Shown here: positions 7,349 through 17,089 of the stretch, in pieces
Numbering within the stretch: the stretch's first letter is position 1
Layout: the number at the start of each line of letters is the position of its first letter
Origin: a virus
IMG/VR virus record: IMGVR_UViG_3300045988_111231
Location: 1 to 37,026 of that record
Length of the DNA: 37,026 bases
Direction: 5' to 3' (one strand)
Position numbers and translations under genes: made by a program
The notes under the pieces: model-generated
The model's database searches: none
Told to the model about the DNA's origin: nothing
What the model saw: the letters and a program-made list of their open reading frames with translations, nothing else

Positions 7349-7669
7349 ATGGGCGGAGTGAAAGGATATGGAGACATGACCGGACAGAGGTTCGGGAAAT
7401 GGACGGTGCTGGGGATGACGGCCAGAACATCAACGGACGGGCACAAGAGAACGGCGTGCCTTTGCCGCTGCGACTGCGGCACTGAAAGGGTTGTTTACGC
7501 CCAGAGCCTAAGGGGCGGCCTGACCAAGAGCTGCGGATGCGCCAAGCCGGTGCCGTCTGCGGGTAGGAGGCCGAAGGCGGAGAAGACCGGGGCGCAGTCG
7601 GACCCGGTCGGGGATGACTGGATGTTCGGGAAGATGGGTTCCAAGGGTTTGTTTGCAAGAAGGAGGTAG
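7349..7669 (+). CDS. Small Cys-rich (zinc-finger-like) protein
   Basis: GQRFGKWTVL...CLCRCDCG...SCGC pattern, common in small phage proteins. Confidence 0.55.
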   Translation: MGGVKGYGDMTGQRFGKWTVLGMTARTSTDGHKRTACLCRCDCGTERVVYAQSLRGGLTKSCGCAKPVPSAGRRPKAEKTGAQSDPVGDDWMFGKMGSKGLFARRR

Positions 7670-7673
7670 GCTT

Positions 7674-8588
7674 ATGGCTGATGAGATAAAGCAACTGGAT
7701 CTCTTCGGCGAGGAGGTCAGGCCGAAGGCCAAGTATGTTCAGGGGAAGGTCGGCAAGGATGATTACGGCGAGTTCACGGAGAAGTTCAAGGCGAAACTGA
7801 CCACGGATGACTGCTACACGCCCGTTGAGGTGTACGAGGCCGTCCTCGGATGGTTGAGGGAGAAGGTGGACATCGAAGGCTGTAACATAGTGCGTCCGTT
7901 CTGGCCGGGCGGCGACTATGAGGCCTATGACTACAAGGAGGATGATGTCGTGGTTGACAACCCGCCGTTCAGCATCCTCGCCGGGATATTGAGATTCTAT
8001 CAGGGCAGGGGGATCCGCTTCTTCCTGTTCGGGCCGCAGCTGACGCTCTTTTCTTCTTCTTCTTCTTCTTCTCTGACCTACATCCCTTGCGCCTGTACGG
8101 TCGAGTATGCCAACGGGGCGAAGGTCAACACCGGATTCATCTCCAACCTCTTCGGGGACGTGCTCGCGATGTCCGCGCCCGACCTCAGGAAGAGGATAAA
8201 GGAGGCGCAGGAGAAGGCCAGGGGTGAAGCGTCCGCTTCGATGCCGAAGTACGAGTACCCGCCGGAGGTGCTCACTTCCTCGATGCTGGGCTACCTGTCC
8301 ACGCACGGGGTGGAGTTCAAGGTGATGAGGGACGAGGTGTCGCCGGCGCCGCTGTCCGCGCTCGCGTCGCAGAAGGCCGTCAACAAGGCGATATTTGGCA
8401 AAGGATGGCTGATCTCGGAGAAGAAGGCTGCGGAGAAGAAGGCTGCGGAGAAGAAGGCTGCGGAGAAGAAGGCTGCGGAGAAGAAGGCTGCGGAGAAGAT
8501 CATCGTCTGGGAGCTGAGCGAATCCGAGAGGGAAGCCGTCAGAAGGATTTCTTTGGACAAAAAAAAACGTATAGGATTATGGATATAG
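7674..8588 (+). CDS. N6-adenine (or N4-cytosine) DNA methyltransferase
   Basis: Motif IV DNPPF. ATG preceded by AAGGAGGT. Contains in-frame (TTC)7 and 5x15-bp repeats. Confidence 0.65.
   Translation: MADEIKQLDLFGEEVRPKAKYVQGKVGKDDYGEFTEKFKAKLTTDDCYTPVEVYEAVLGWLREKVDIEGCNIVRPFWPGGDYEAYDYKEDDVVVDNPPFSILAGILRFYQGRGIRFFLFGPQLTLFSSSSSSSLTYIPCACTVEYANGAKVNTGFISNLFGDVLAMSAPDLRKRIKEAQEKARGEASASMPKYEYPPEVLTSSMLGYLSTHGVEFKVMRDEVSPAPLSALASQKAVNKAIFGKGWLISEKKAAEKKAAEKKAAEKKAAEKKAAEKIIVWELSESEREAVRRISLDKKKRIGLWI
8051..8071 (+). repeat. (TTC)7 trinucleotide microsatellite encoding poly-Ser
   Basis: Seen directly. Lies inside the methyltransferase ORF. Confidence 0.9.
8418..8498 (+). repeat. 5.4 tandem copies of 15-bp GAGAAGAAGGCTGCG (EKKAA)n
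   Basis: Perfect copies at 8418, 8433, 8448, 8463 and 8478. Confidence 0.9.
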
Positions 8589-8887
8589 CAGATTTGATAG
8601 GAATTATAGTTCTGATATTCACGCCGCTCGTGACCGTTGGCACGGTGCAGATGCTTGTCGACCACAGGGAGCGGAAACAGAAGGTAAAGGAGGAGCTCGA
8701 CAAGATGTGGAACCGCATCGAGTGGCTGTGCCGGGACACGGACGACCGGCTCTCGGTTGACCGCCTGGAGCTCCAGCAGAAATCCAAGCAGGTGCGCAAC
8801 CTGTGGAAGCGGCTGCGCCACGTGGAGGAGGCTCTCTACATCGAGCCGTCAGACGCGTTCAAGGAGAAGGAGGAGGACGGGGAATGA
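8579..8887 (+). CDS. Membrane-anchored coiled-coil protein
   Basis: 102 aa with an N-terminal TM segment (LIGIIVLIFTPLVTVGTV). Confidence 0.55.
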   Translation: MDIADLIGIIVLIFTPLVTVGTVQMLVDHRERKQKVKEELDKMWNRIEWLCRDTDDRLSVDRLELQQKSKQVRNLWKRLRHVEEALYIEPSDAFKEKEEDGE

Positions 8888-9261
8888 ATATGACTACGAG
8901 AAGGTTGGTTTACGACAAATATGGAGGACGCTGCGCGTACTGCGGTAAGGAGCTGAGGTTTGAGGACATGCAGGTCGATCACATTGTCCCGGTCTGGAGA
9001 GGCAGGGATCACGAGACACTTTCAAAGATGGTGGCCATCGGTGATGATTCAGTCGAAAATCTCAATCCGTCATGCAGGGCGTGCAATTTCAGAAAGGGGA
9101 CGAACTCGGTAGAGGATTTCAGAAGGATCCTCAGGGAACAGTGCCAAGGGATAATGAAGCGGTCTTTCCAGGTAAGGCAGAGCCTTGATTTCGGACTGCT
9201 TGAATGGCACGACATGGATGTGGTGTTTTTCTTTGAGAGTTATGGTCAAGGAGGAGGATGA
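8884..9261 (+). CDS. HNH endonuclease
   Basis: CAYCG...DHIVP...N...CRACN motif set. ATGA overlap with the upstream stop. Confidence 0.75.
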   Translation: MNMTTRRLVYDKYGGRCAYCGKELRFEDMQVDHIVPVWRGRDHETLSKMVAIGDDSVENLNPSCRACNFRKGTNSVEDFRRILREQCQGIMKRSFQVRQSLDFGLLEWHDMDVVFFFESYGQGGG

Positions 9262-9337
9262 ATAAGTCTCTTTTGGTCGAATCATCCCTAAGGGCGAAGA
9301 CCGATTATTGTTTGAAATTATTGTCAAAAGGTAGAAT

Positions 9338-9724
9338 ATGGGAAATTTTAACATCAAGATCGAGCTGGACAGGATTCCAGGCGCGAAGATTATGGACATC
9401 AAGGGGGATGTGGCGACACGCCGCTGCATCGTCATCCCCATCGACAACGAGCGTGGCACGGTCATCGACGAATATAAAAAGTTTGACCCCGGCCTCGGCG
9501 CGATGACTTCGAGGCCGTTGGAGCATGTCCAGCTATTGGCGACGGCTTACGAGAGTGCGAACCAGAGCTTCGGCTCAAGTCATTACATCAAGCCGCAGGT
9601 ATCTCGTGAATATTTCGAGAGGATGAGCGAGACACAGGTCCGAAGTCTTCCGTTCATCGGATCACTCCAGCCTTGGAAGGTTAGTCCGAAGAAGGAGGAG
9701 GTGAAAGACGAGAACAACTGGTAG
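9338..9724 (+). CDS. Hypothetical protein
   Basis: 128-aa ORF. Confidence 0.6.
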   Translation: MGNFNIKIELDRIPGAKIMDIKGDVATRRCIVIPIDNERGTVIDEYKKFDPGLGAMTSRPLEHVQLLATAYESANQSFGSSHYIKPQVSREYFERMSETQVRSLPFIGSLQPWKVSPKKEEVKDENNW

Positions 9725-9727
9725 GCC

Positions 9728-10156
9728 ATGATCTGGGTGGGAATCGATACAGGTGTCAACACCGGGATAGCAGTGTGGGACACCGAGAAGAGAGAGCTGC
9801 TGTCGCTGGACACGGTGACGATAGACGAGGCCTTGTTCCGCGTGCTTGGTCTTGTGGCGGAATATCAGGACGTCCGCGTTGTAGTTGAGGACGCAAGGCT
9901 GCGCAGGTGGGTGCCTGACACACACGATGTCCGCAAGGAGATGGCGCGCCGCCTTGGCGCCGGGTCGATCAAGCGTGATGCCAAGATTTGGGAGGATTTC
10001 CTGGAAAGGATGAAAATACCGTTCCAGATGGTGGCTCCTCTGAGGGGAGCGACGAAATGGGCGCGTGACAGCTTCGCGGCCGTGACCGGCTACACCGGCA
10101 GGACGACCGAGCATTCACGGGACGCGGCTATGCTGGTGTTCGGGAGGTTTAATTGA
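9728..10156 (+). CDS. RuvC-like Holliday junction resolvase
   Basis: IGIDTG...TG N-terminus, a central acidic VVVED, and a C-terminal EHSRDA. Confidence 0.6.
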   Translation: MIWVGIDTGVNTGIAVWDTEKRELLSLDTVTIDEALFRVLGLVAEYQDVRVVVEDARLRRWVPDTHDVRKEMARRLGAGSIKRDAKIWEDFLERMKIPFQMVAPLRGATKWARDSFAAVTGYTGRTTEHSRDAAMLVFGRFN

Positions 10157-10201
10157 TGCTTAAGATTTTGACAAGATTATAACATTCAACAGGGAGGACA
10201 G

Positions 10202-10678
10202 ATGACAGCGTTGGCGTGGGATTCCAAGGAACGTAAAAAGTTGGAAGTCGGTGGCTATCACCGTGAGAGGTCTGATGATCTATATCACACGTTTAGATGG
10301 ACGCGTCTGAGCAGGGCTTTCAGGCAGTCGCACCCGCTTTGCGCCGAGTGCGCGAGGAACGGACGGCTGAAGGCGGCGGAGGTCGTTGACCACATCGTGC
10401 CGTTCCCCGTGTGCCGTGACTTCTTTGACGAGAGCAACCTTCAAAGCCTCTGTGCCGATTGTAACATCGCTAAAGGTAATAGGGATAAAGTGGTTATCTC
10501 AGAATGGCGTAGAACGCACGTGAATGGCCTTGGTGGGCGCGTTGCGGAGGCAAACGGCGTGGCGGCCGCCACGCTTCGAGAGGGGGAGGGGGCCTCGAAT
10601 CTCTCGGCCGATTCTTTTCAAGACCACGGCCCCAGTTTCGGAAACGCGAGTGCAGAAAATCTGCCAGGGAAATTGTAA
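10202..10678 (+). CDS. HNH endonuclease (terminase-associated)
   Basis: CAEC...DHIVP...LCADCN motif. Lies immediately upstream of terS. Confidence 0.75.
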   Translation: MTALAWDSKERKKLEVGGYHRERSDDLYHTFRWTRLSRAFRQSHPLCAECARNGRLKAAEVVDHIVPFPVCRDFFDESNLQSLCADCNIAKGNRDKVVISEWRRTHVNGLGGRVAEANGVAAATLREGEGASNLSADSFQDHGPSFGNASAENLPGKL

Positions 10679-10696
10679 GAAAAAACTCAAATAGAT

Positions 10697-11230
10697 ATGG
10701 GCGGAACAGGAAGCGGACGTAAAAAACAGCCTGCGCAACTCGCTAAGTTAAAGGGGACTTATCAGGCATGCAGACGCAAGAATGACGGCGATCTGGAAGG
10801 CCGGAAGGTCGGCAGCATCCAGGCCGCCTGCAGCACGCTATCTTATCGGCTCCTGACGGACAGACAAAGGAAGATTTATCTCTCCGTCTGCCGCCAGCTC
10901 ATACCGCTGGGCATTCTTGAGTATGCCTACCTTCATCAGCTGGAGATGTTCGCAACGGCGTTTGACATGTATATGACCGCGGCGGCGGATGTCGAGAAGA
11001 ACGGAATGTACACGGTCAAGTTTGACGAGGCCGGCAATGTATGCGGCACAGTGACGAACCCGGCCGTCAAGAACATGAACATATTCTTCAGGCAGGTGGT
11101 AAAGATAGGCTCGAACTTCGGGCTCTCGCCTGTTGACCGTCAGAGGATCAAGGCGAGGGTTGAGGGTGAGGACCCGTCCGCAAAGATCATCAACCTGATA
11201 ATGGAGGGAGGTGGACCGGATGAGCAGTAG
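10697..11230 (+). CDS. terS: Terminase small subunit (P27-like)
   Basis: N-terminal GSGRKKQP...LKG motif, SPVDRQR near the C-terminus, and position upstream of TerL. Confidence 0.7.
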   Translation: MGGTGSGRKKQPAQLAKLKGTYQACRRKNDGDLEGRKVGSIQAACSTLSYRLLTDRQRKIYLSVCRQLIPLGILEYAYLHQLEMFATAFDMYMTAAADVEKNGMYTVKFDEAGNVCGTVTNPAVKNMNIFFRQVVKIGSNFGLSPVDRQRIKARVEGEDPSAKIINLIMEGGGPDEQ

Positions 11231-12878
11231 CGCATATCTCGCAAGGGTGGATCGATATGCGGCGGGCGTCTTGTCCGGCGCGGTTCCATCATGCCGGATG
11301 CTGCGTGCGGCTTGTCAGAGGTACGAGGATGACAAGAGGCGGGATGATCTCTATTTTGACACGTCGAAATTCCTGCGTTTCGTCCGATGCGCCCAGACCT
11401 TGAAGCATTTTAAGGGGGAGTTCGCTGGGAAGTCCATAAGGCTGGAGGACTGGCAGCTCTTCGTGGCGGCTAATATTTTCGGTTGGTACCGTACCGCCAC
11501 AAAGCGCAGACGTTATCAGTATGCCGATGTCTATGTGCCGCGCAAGAATGGAAAGACGACATTCGCTGCGATCATAGCTCTCTACATGCTTCTTTTTGAC
11601 GGCGAGCCGGCCGCGGAGGTGTACGCCGCCGCCGTTGACAGGGAGCAGGCGAATATCTGCTTTGACACGGCCAAGGAACTGCTGCGCAACAGCGACTTAA
11701 CAACGCTCGTCGATATTTACCGGGGAAGCATCGTCAGGTCGCAGACCGCCTCTGCATTCAAGCCTTTGACAAAGGACACAAAGAACAAGGATGGACTCAA
11801 CCCGCAGGCCGCCATCTGTGACGAGCGGCACGCCTGGAAGACGAACGAGATCTATGATGTCATCAAGACCGGCATCGGATCAAGGCGGCAGCCGCTTGTG
11901 TTCTCCATCTCCACGGCCGGCGTGGACACCAGCTATCCGTATTTCCGCGACCTGGAGTTCCTCAGGGACGTGATGTCCGGGATTCAGGCAAAGGATAACC
12001 ACTTCATTATGCTCTTTGAGCCGGATGAGGGAGACCGGTGGAATGACCAGGAGGTCTGGCGCAAGGTCAACCCGAATTACGGCGTTTCGCTTTACCCCGA
12101 ATATATGGAGAATGAGTTCCAGGAGGCGAAAAAGAAGGGAGGCTCCACACTCGCCGCCTTCTGTACGAAGAACCTCAATATGTGGGTTGACGCTCCGGAA
12201 GTCTGGATAAGCGATGATGATGTGGCGGCCAATGGCAGAGGACTTGACCCGGCCGTCCTCCTGGGTCAGGAGTGCTATGTGGGGCTGGACTTGGCGTCAA
12301 AGAACGACATCACGGCCGCGGCCTTCTGGTTCCCGAGGTTCAAGGCCGTGCGTTATCTGTTCTGCGTCCCGGAGTCCAAGGTGGCGGAGATGTCCGACCG
12401 CGTGGATTATAGGCAGTGGAAGGAGCAGGGCTGGCTTGTCGTGACACCGGGCAAGACGCTTGACGAGGACTGGTATCTTCAGACCCTGATCTCGTGGATG
12501 GATCTGTATGACGTCAGGAAGATAGCGTATGACCCGTGGGCGATCTGGAACATACTGCCGAAGTTCGGGCGCTATTGCGACCGCCTGATGGAGTACCAGC
12601 AGAGCATCCGCTATATGTCCGTGCCGACGAAGTGGCTGGAGGCCGCCGTCCTGCGGCACGAGCTTGATTTTCTTGGCGATCCCGTGATCCGGTGGATGTT
12701 CCGCAACGTCGTGGTGTACCGCGACCCGAACGCAAACATCAAGCTTGACAAGGCGCGCTCGCGCAACAAGATCGACGGCGTTGTGGCGACTGTGGATGCC
12801 ATAGGCGGATGGCTCAACGCCACTTCCGGGCAGGAAGGCAAAATTATATATACAAACCACGATTTACGGGTTATATGA
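11220..12878 (+). CDS. terL: Terminase large subunit
   Basis: Walker A motif VPRKNGKTT. About 552 aa. First ATG is at 11220 (an in-frame GTG lies at 11211). Confidence 0.85.
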   Translation: MSSSAYLARVDRYAAGVLSGAVPSCRMLRAACQRYEDDKRRDDLYFDTSKFLRFVRCAQTLKHFKGEFAGKSIRLEDWQLFVAANIFGWYRTATKRRRYQYADVYVPRKNGKTTFAAIIALYMLLFDGEPAAEVYAAAVDREQANICFDTAKELLRNSDLTTLVDIYRGSIVRSQTASAFKPLTKDTKNKDGLNPQAAICDERHAWKTNEIYDVIKTGIGSRRQPLVFSISTAGVDTSYPYFRDLEFLRDVMSGIQAKDNHFIMLFEPDEGDRWNDQEVWRKVNPNYGVSLYPEYMENEFQEAKKKGGSTLAAFCTKNLNMWVDAPEVWISDDDVAANGRGLDPAVLLGQECYVGLDLASKNDITAAAFWFPRFKAVRYLFCVPESKVAEMSDRVDYRQWKEQGWLVVTPGKTLDEDWYLQTLISWMDLYDVRKIAYDPWAIWNILPKFGRYCDRLMEYQQSIRYMSVPTKWLEAAVLRHELDFLGDPVIRWMFRNVVVYRDPNANIKLDKARSRNKIDGVVATVDAIGGWLNATSGQEGKIIYTNHDLRVI

Positions 12879-13090
12879 GAGAGATTGACGAGAGGGTGTG
12901 GCGGATGGTCACAAGGGACGGCTTCGCCAGGGAGTTCTGGGCGGAGCTGCGCCGCCGCCGGGCGGTGAGACAGACCACCTCGAGGCGCGAGGTGTTCGAC
13001 TACCTTAACGGTCTATTCATGTCCGAGTTCGGGGAGCCGCGCTTCCCGTCCTATGACACGTTCAGGCATTCGAGGGAATTTCGGCGATAG
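12875..13090 (+). CDS. Hypothetical small protein
   Basis: ATGA overlap with the TerL stop. 71 aa. Confidence 0.5.
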   Translation: MREIDERVWRMVTRDGFAREFWAELRRRRAVRQTTSRREVFDYLNGLFMSEFGEPRFPSYDTFRHSREFRR

Positions 13091-13149
13091 GGCTCACTTT
13101 GGTAGAATTTTCCGCATTTTAACGCCGTCCGCTTGCTATCTTGCGGACG

Positions 13150-14364
13150 ATGTCGATATTCAGCAGCATATTCGGAGGTGCGAGGAGGCGGTCGGTGACC
13201 GTCGCCCCGACAGGCAGTGTCGTAGTTCCGCCGCCCGTGGACTATGGCCTTCCGGTCTGCAACTCGACGGCGATGAAGATAACGGCGTTCTATGCCGGAA
13301 TCCGACTTATCTCGGAGAATATAGCGTCCCTTCCGCGCTCGGTGCAGAGGAAGACAGACAAGGGGCTGGAGGCGGCGGACGATCATCCGGCTTACAGGCT
13401 CGTCGCGGTCAGACCTAACGACTACACCAACACTTTCGACTTCTGGAATTGCGTCACCACGTGGCTGGAGGGCTGGGGCAACGCCTATGCCGTCATCCGC
13501 CGTGGAGCGGACGGCAGCCCGGTGTCCATCCATCAGGTACACCCGTCCAACGTCACGGCCACGCTGTCCGGAGGGAAGAGGTGGTATCGCGTACTCATTC
13601 CCGACCCCGCCTTCTCGTGGCTGAACGGGACATACAGCGGTGATGACATGCTGCACTTCATGCTTCTGACCCTCGATGGGCTTACCGGCGTCAACCCCGT
13701 AATATACAACGCCATCGCTCTGGGGAAGAATCTTGCCACGGAGAAGTTCGGAAGCGAGTTCTACACGCGCAAGGGCAACATACGCGCGGTACTGGAGACT
13801 GACGGCAACCTTGGGGATGACGCTTACAACAAGTTTGTCGAGCATTTCAAGGCCGCGTCTGATGGCAATTTCGGCACTCCGCTTCTTGAATATGGTATAA
13901 AGTACAAGCAGTTGTCAGTCAGCCCGGTGGCCGCCCAGCTGATACAGAGCGAGATCCTCTCCATCCAGGACGTGGCGCGGATCCTGCTCATCCCGCCGCA
14001 CATGATAGCGGAACTCTCGCACGCCACCTTCAGCAACATCGAGCATCAGACCATCCAGTTCGTGGAGTACACCCTGCGGCCTATCATCAAGAGGCTGGAG
14101 GTGGAGTTGAGGACAAAGATGTTCTTTGAGGACGAGGTCGGACGTTATGATGTGGAGTTCGGCCTTGGCGGCCTGTTGAGGGGGGACACCGCCGCCCGGT
14201 CAAACTACTATCACAACGCCATCCTTGACGGATACATGTCGAGAAACGAGGTGAGGGAGCTTGAGGGACTGCGGCACAAGGACGGGCTTGACGACATGCT
14301 TTATCCTCTCAATTCCGGAGTGGTGGGCAAGGAGAATGATGAAAACACACAAGACAATGGATAA
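13150..14364 (+). CDS. Portal protein (HK97 family)
   Basis: About 404 aa, downstream of TerL, followed by protease and capsid genes. Confidence 0.8.
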   Translation: MSIFSSIFGGARRRSVTVAPTGSVVVPPPVDYGLPVCNSTAMKITAFYAGIRLISENIASLPRSVQRKTDKGLEAADDHPAYRLVAVRPNDYTNTFDFWNCVTTWLEGWGNAYAVIRRGADGSPVSIHQVHPSNVTATLSGGKRWYRVLIPDPAFSWLNGTYSGDDMLHFMLLTLDGLTGVNPVIYNAIALGKNLATEKFGSEFYTRKGNIRAVLETDGNLGDDAYNKFVEHFKAASDGNFGTPLLEYGIKYKQLSVSPVAAQLIQSEILSIQDVARILLIPPHMIAELSHATFSNIEHQTIQFVEYTLRPIIKRLEVELRTKMFFEDEVGRYDVEFGLGGLLRGDTAARSNYYHNAILDGYMSRNEVRELEGLRHKDGLDDMLYPLNSGVVGKENDENTQDNG

Positions 14365-15004
14365 GATATTGTTCAGAACCGCCGGCGATGCGGTTGTGGA
14401 GGCCAAGAGCAAGGATTCGAGGCGCATCACGTTCATCGCTTCGGATTCGACCAGGGATTCTCATGGCACGGTCCTCAATCAAGAAGGCTGGTCGCTTGAC
14501 CGTTTCAACAAGAACGGCATCATAGGCTATCAGCACAAGGTCTACGGCGGATGGGACGACACCGAGAACCCCGACAACGTCATAGGCAAGGGAAAAGCCT
14601 ACACAAAGGACGGAAAGCTGTATGTCGATGTGGACTTTGAGCCTAAGGAGATAAACGAGCTGGCCGACAAGATATACAATAAGCTTTTGTTTGGCAGCCT
14701 TAAGGCTGTCTCGGTCGGATTCCTGCCGAAGGGAAAGGGCAGCTGGGGCAAGGGCGAGGAGGCTCTTGACGGAAAAAACCCGACCTATTACTATGCCGGA
14801 CAGGAGTTGCTCGAGGTCTCAGTGGTTAATATCCCTGCGAACCCGAACGCTCTCAAGAAGTCCATCGAGGCGCAGGAGGAGGAGATGGCCGAACTGCGGC
14901 GGATGGATGACGTTGAGGAGGTGTCAAAGGATGACATGGAGACTATGGCGTTGGCGGTTGAGGTCGAAAGGCAATTAACTATAGCGGAGGCAGCTCTGCT
15001 TTAA
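14336..15004 (+). CDS. Prohead maturation protease (HK97 family)
   Basis: Motif FIASDSTRDSHGTVL and its position between portal and capsid genes. Confidence 0.75.
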   Translation: MMKTHKTMDKILFRTAGDAVVEAKSKDSRRITFIASDSTRDSHGTVLNQEGWSLDRFNKNGIIGYQHKVYGGWDDTENPDNVIGKGKAYTKDGKLYVDVDFEPKEINELADKIYNKLLFGSLKAVSVGFLPKGKGSWGKGEEALDGKNPTYYYAGQELLEVSVVNIPANPNALKKSIEAQEEEMAELRRMDDVEEVSKDDMETMALAVEVERQLTIAEAALL

Positions 15005-15018
15005 TATATTTTTTAATC

Positions 15019-16269
15019 ATGAGAAAAATAGCGGAAATCAGAAGGGATCTCGCGGCCAAGGTCGCGGAGGTCAAGGGCATCCAGAACAGCCCTGAGAACG
15101 CCGATGCCTTGAAGAAGGGTGTCGCGGAGGTCAAGGCGCTGCTGCTGGAGCTGGAACAGGCGGAGACTGTGGAGGCCGCCGCGCAGCAGGCTGCCGACAG
15201 GGAGCTTGACAGAAGGCAGAGGGTGGCCGGAAGGCCGTTCTCGTTGGTGCGCTACATCAATGGCATCATCAACCGAAATCTTTCAGGTCTCGAGAAAGAG
15301 GTGGACGAGATGGGTGCCCAGGAGTATGAGCGCCTTGGCTTGGAGCGGCGCGGGAATGTCATCCCGTCCGCCTATCTCCGTGCGGCCAGCGGTCAGAACT
15401 ACACGACCGCCGCTGACGGAGGCAACCTCACAGAGGAGGGAGAGAGGCGCTATCTTGACATCCTGAAGGACAAGCTGGTGGTGGCTCGTTTGGGCGCGAC
15501 TGTGCTGACTGATCTTGTGGGCACATTCACGGCGATCAGCTCGTCTGCCATTCAGGCATCGTGGGAAGGCGAGGCAACCAAGACAGATGTCAAGAAGACG
15601 TCTTATACCAAGATGTCGATGACGCCGCACAGATCAGCAGTTTCGGTGGCTATAACCAAGGATCTGCTCCGCCAGACCTCCTTTGATGTCGAGAAGGATC
15701 TTCTGGATAAGATTACCTCCGCGCATGCCAATCTTTTGGAGAAGGCCGCCATCTCCGGCACAGGGAAGGACAATCAGCCTACCGGCATTCTGAACACCTC
15801 CGGAATCGGAAGTGTGTCGATGGGAGCGAACGGCGGCGCCATCGACTGGAAGCACATAGTCGAGCTGGAGACTGAGGTTAACTCAAAGAACGCCAACCGT
15901 GGAAGTCTGGCATACCTTTCAAACGCAAAGGTTAACGGCGCTTTGAAGGTTACAGAGATGGCGTCGGGAACTGCGCGCTTCCTTCTGTCCAACGAGGCCC
16001 CGAAGATCCTTAACGGCTATCCGTTTGACTGGACGAATCTCGTGCCGGCGGATCTTACCAAAGGTACGGCGGCCACCAAGTGTTCGGCTCTGATCTTCGG
16101 AAACTTCCAGGATCTCTACATAGGACAATGGGGTGGAATTGACATTGTTGTCGACCCATACACCGGCGCGCGCACCGGCGAGATTTACACGACGCTGAAC
16201 GCGTGGAACGATGTCAAGGTTGTCGAGCCTAAGAGCTTCGCGGCCATCGTGGACATTACGACTGACTAA
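15019..16269 (+). CDS. Major capsid protein (HK97 fold)
   Basis: 416 aa with an N-terminal coiled-coil delta domain. Gene order supports the call. Confidence 0.8.
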   Translation: MRKIAEIRRDLAAKVAEVKGIQNSPENADALKKGVAEVKALLLELEQAETVEAAAQQAADRELDRRQRVAGRPFSLVRYINGIINRNLSGLEKEVDEMGAQEYERLGLERRGNVIPSAYLRAASGQNYTTAADGGNLTEEGERRYLDILKDKLVVARLGATVLTDLVGTFTAISSSAIQASWEGEATKTDVKKTSYTKMSMTPHRSAVSVAITKDLLRQTSFDVEKDLLDKITSAHANLLEKAAISGTGKDNQPTGILNTSGIGSVSMGANGGAIDWKHIVELETEVNSKNANRGSLAYLSNAKVNGALKVTEMASGTARFLLSNEAPKILNGYPFDWTNLVPADLTKGTAATKCSALIFGNFQDLYIGQWGGIDIVVDPYTGARTGEIYTTLNAWNDVKVVEPKSFAAIVDITTD

Positions 16270-16273
16270 AGCA

Positions 16274-16762
16274 ATGAGACGGGATTTTGACGATGACATG
16301 CTCTGGGAGGGTCTCGGAAGGCTGAAAAGCCATCTGAGGCTCACCTCCTGCGACCTGGACGACGAGTTGCGGCAGAAGCTCTGCGCCGCCGCGCGCTCCG
16401 CCGAGCATCAGATCGGGCGTGTCGTGTTCAAATCCCGCTTCTCCGACATATTCCCTTTTTCCCCCGAAATCCGCCTGGATTCCCCGCTTCTGGCGGTGGA
16501 GTCCGTGGCGGTGGACGGGGTTTTGCTTTCGGAAGGCTGGACCGCGCTGCGGTCGTCGTCCGCCGTCCGCTTCGACCCGTCCGTGACGGGCGATGAGGCG
16601 GAGATCGTCTGGACTTCGGGAATGGAGCAGGTGCCTGATGACATGATGAACGCCATCCTCCTGATAGCCTCCTCGTTGTTCAGCAATCCGCTGGACAGCG
16701 TGGAGACGCTCCCAAAGGCATCCGCCGCGCTTCTGCGGCCTTACCGCAACTATGAGCTGTGA
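16274..16762 (+). CDS. Head-tail connector (gp6-like)
   Basis: Position after the capsid gene. 162 aa. Confidence 0.55.
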   Translation: MRRDFDDDMLWEGLGRLKSHLRLTSCDLDDELRQKLCAAARSAEHQIGRVVFKSRFSDIFPFSPEIRLDSPLLAVESVAVDGVLLSEGWTALRSSSAVRFDPSVTGDEAEIVWTSGMEQVPDDMMNAILLIASSLFSNPLDSVETLPKASAALLRPYRNYEL

Positions 16763-16764
16763 TT

Positions 16765-17088
16765 ATGGAGAATTGGGGCATAGGCGACTTTGACACGAGG
16801 GTGCGGCTGCAGCGCTGCGAGATCACCGCCGGTGACACCGGTGAGAAGATCTACAACTGGCAATGTGTCCGCGATGTGTTCGCAAAGGTGGAGCGCGACA
16901 TCGACGAGGTGGTTGACAACGGCAACCTGGAGCAGGGTCAGGCTTTGACACTGACGATGTGGAAGGTTCCCGAACTGACGACAAGGTGGCGCGTCATCGT
17001 GGGCGGAGTGCCCTACTCCATCGAGGGGATTGACCCCGTGTCGCGGCTTTCGCCGGTCTGCAAATTATCCGTCAGATCAATCGAGTGA
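16765..17088 (+). CDS. Head closure / head-tail adaptor protein
   Basis: Size and gene order. Confidence 0.55.
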   Translation: MENWGIGDFDTRVRLQRCEITAGDTGEKIYNWQCVRDVFAKVERDIDEVVDNGNLEQGQALTLTMWKVPELTTRWRVIVGGVPYSIEGIDPVSRLSPVCKLSVRSIE

Positions 17089-17089
17089 T

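Noticed and set aside
8405-8578. N-terminal extension (GEEGCGEEGC...) of ORF 8405-8887.
   Set aside because: It is an alternate-frame reading of the 15-bp EKKAA repeat inside the methyltransferase gene. The real start is taken as the ATG at 8579, preceding a TM helix.
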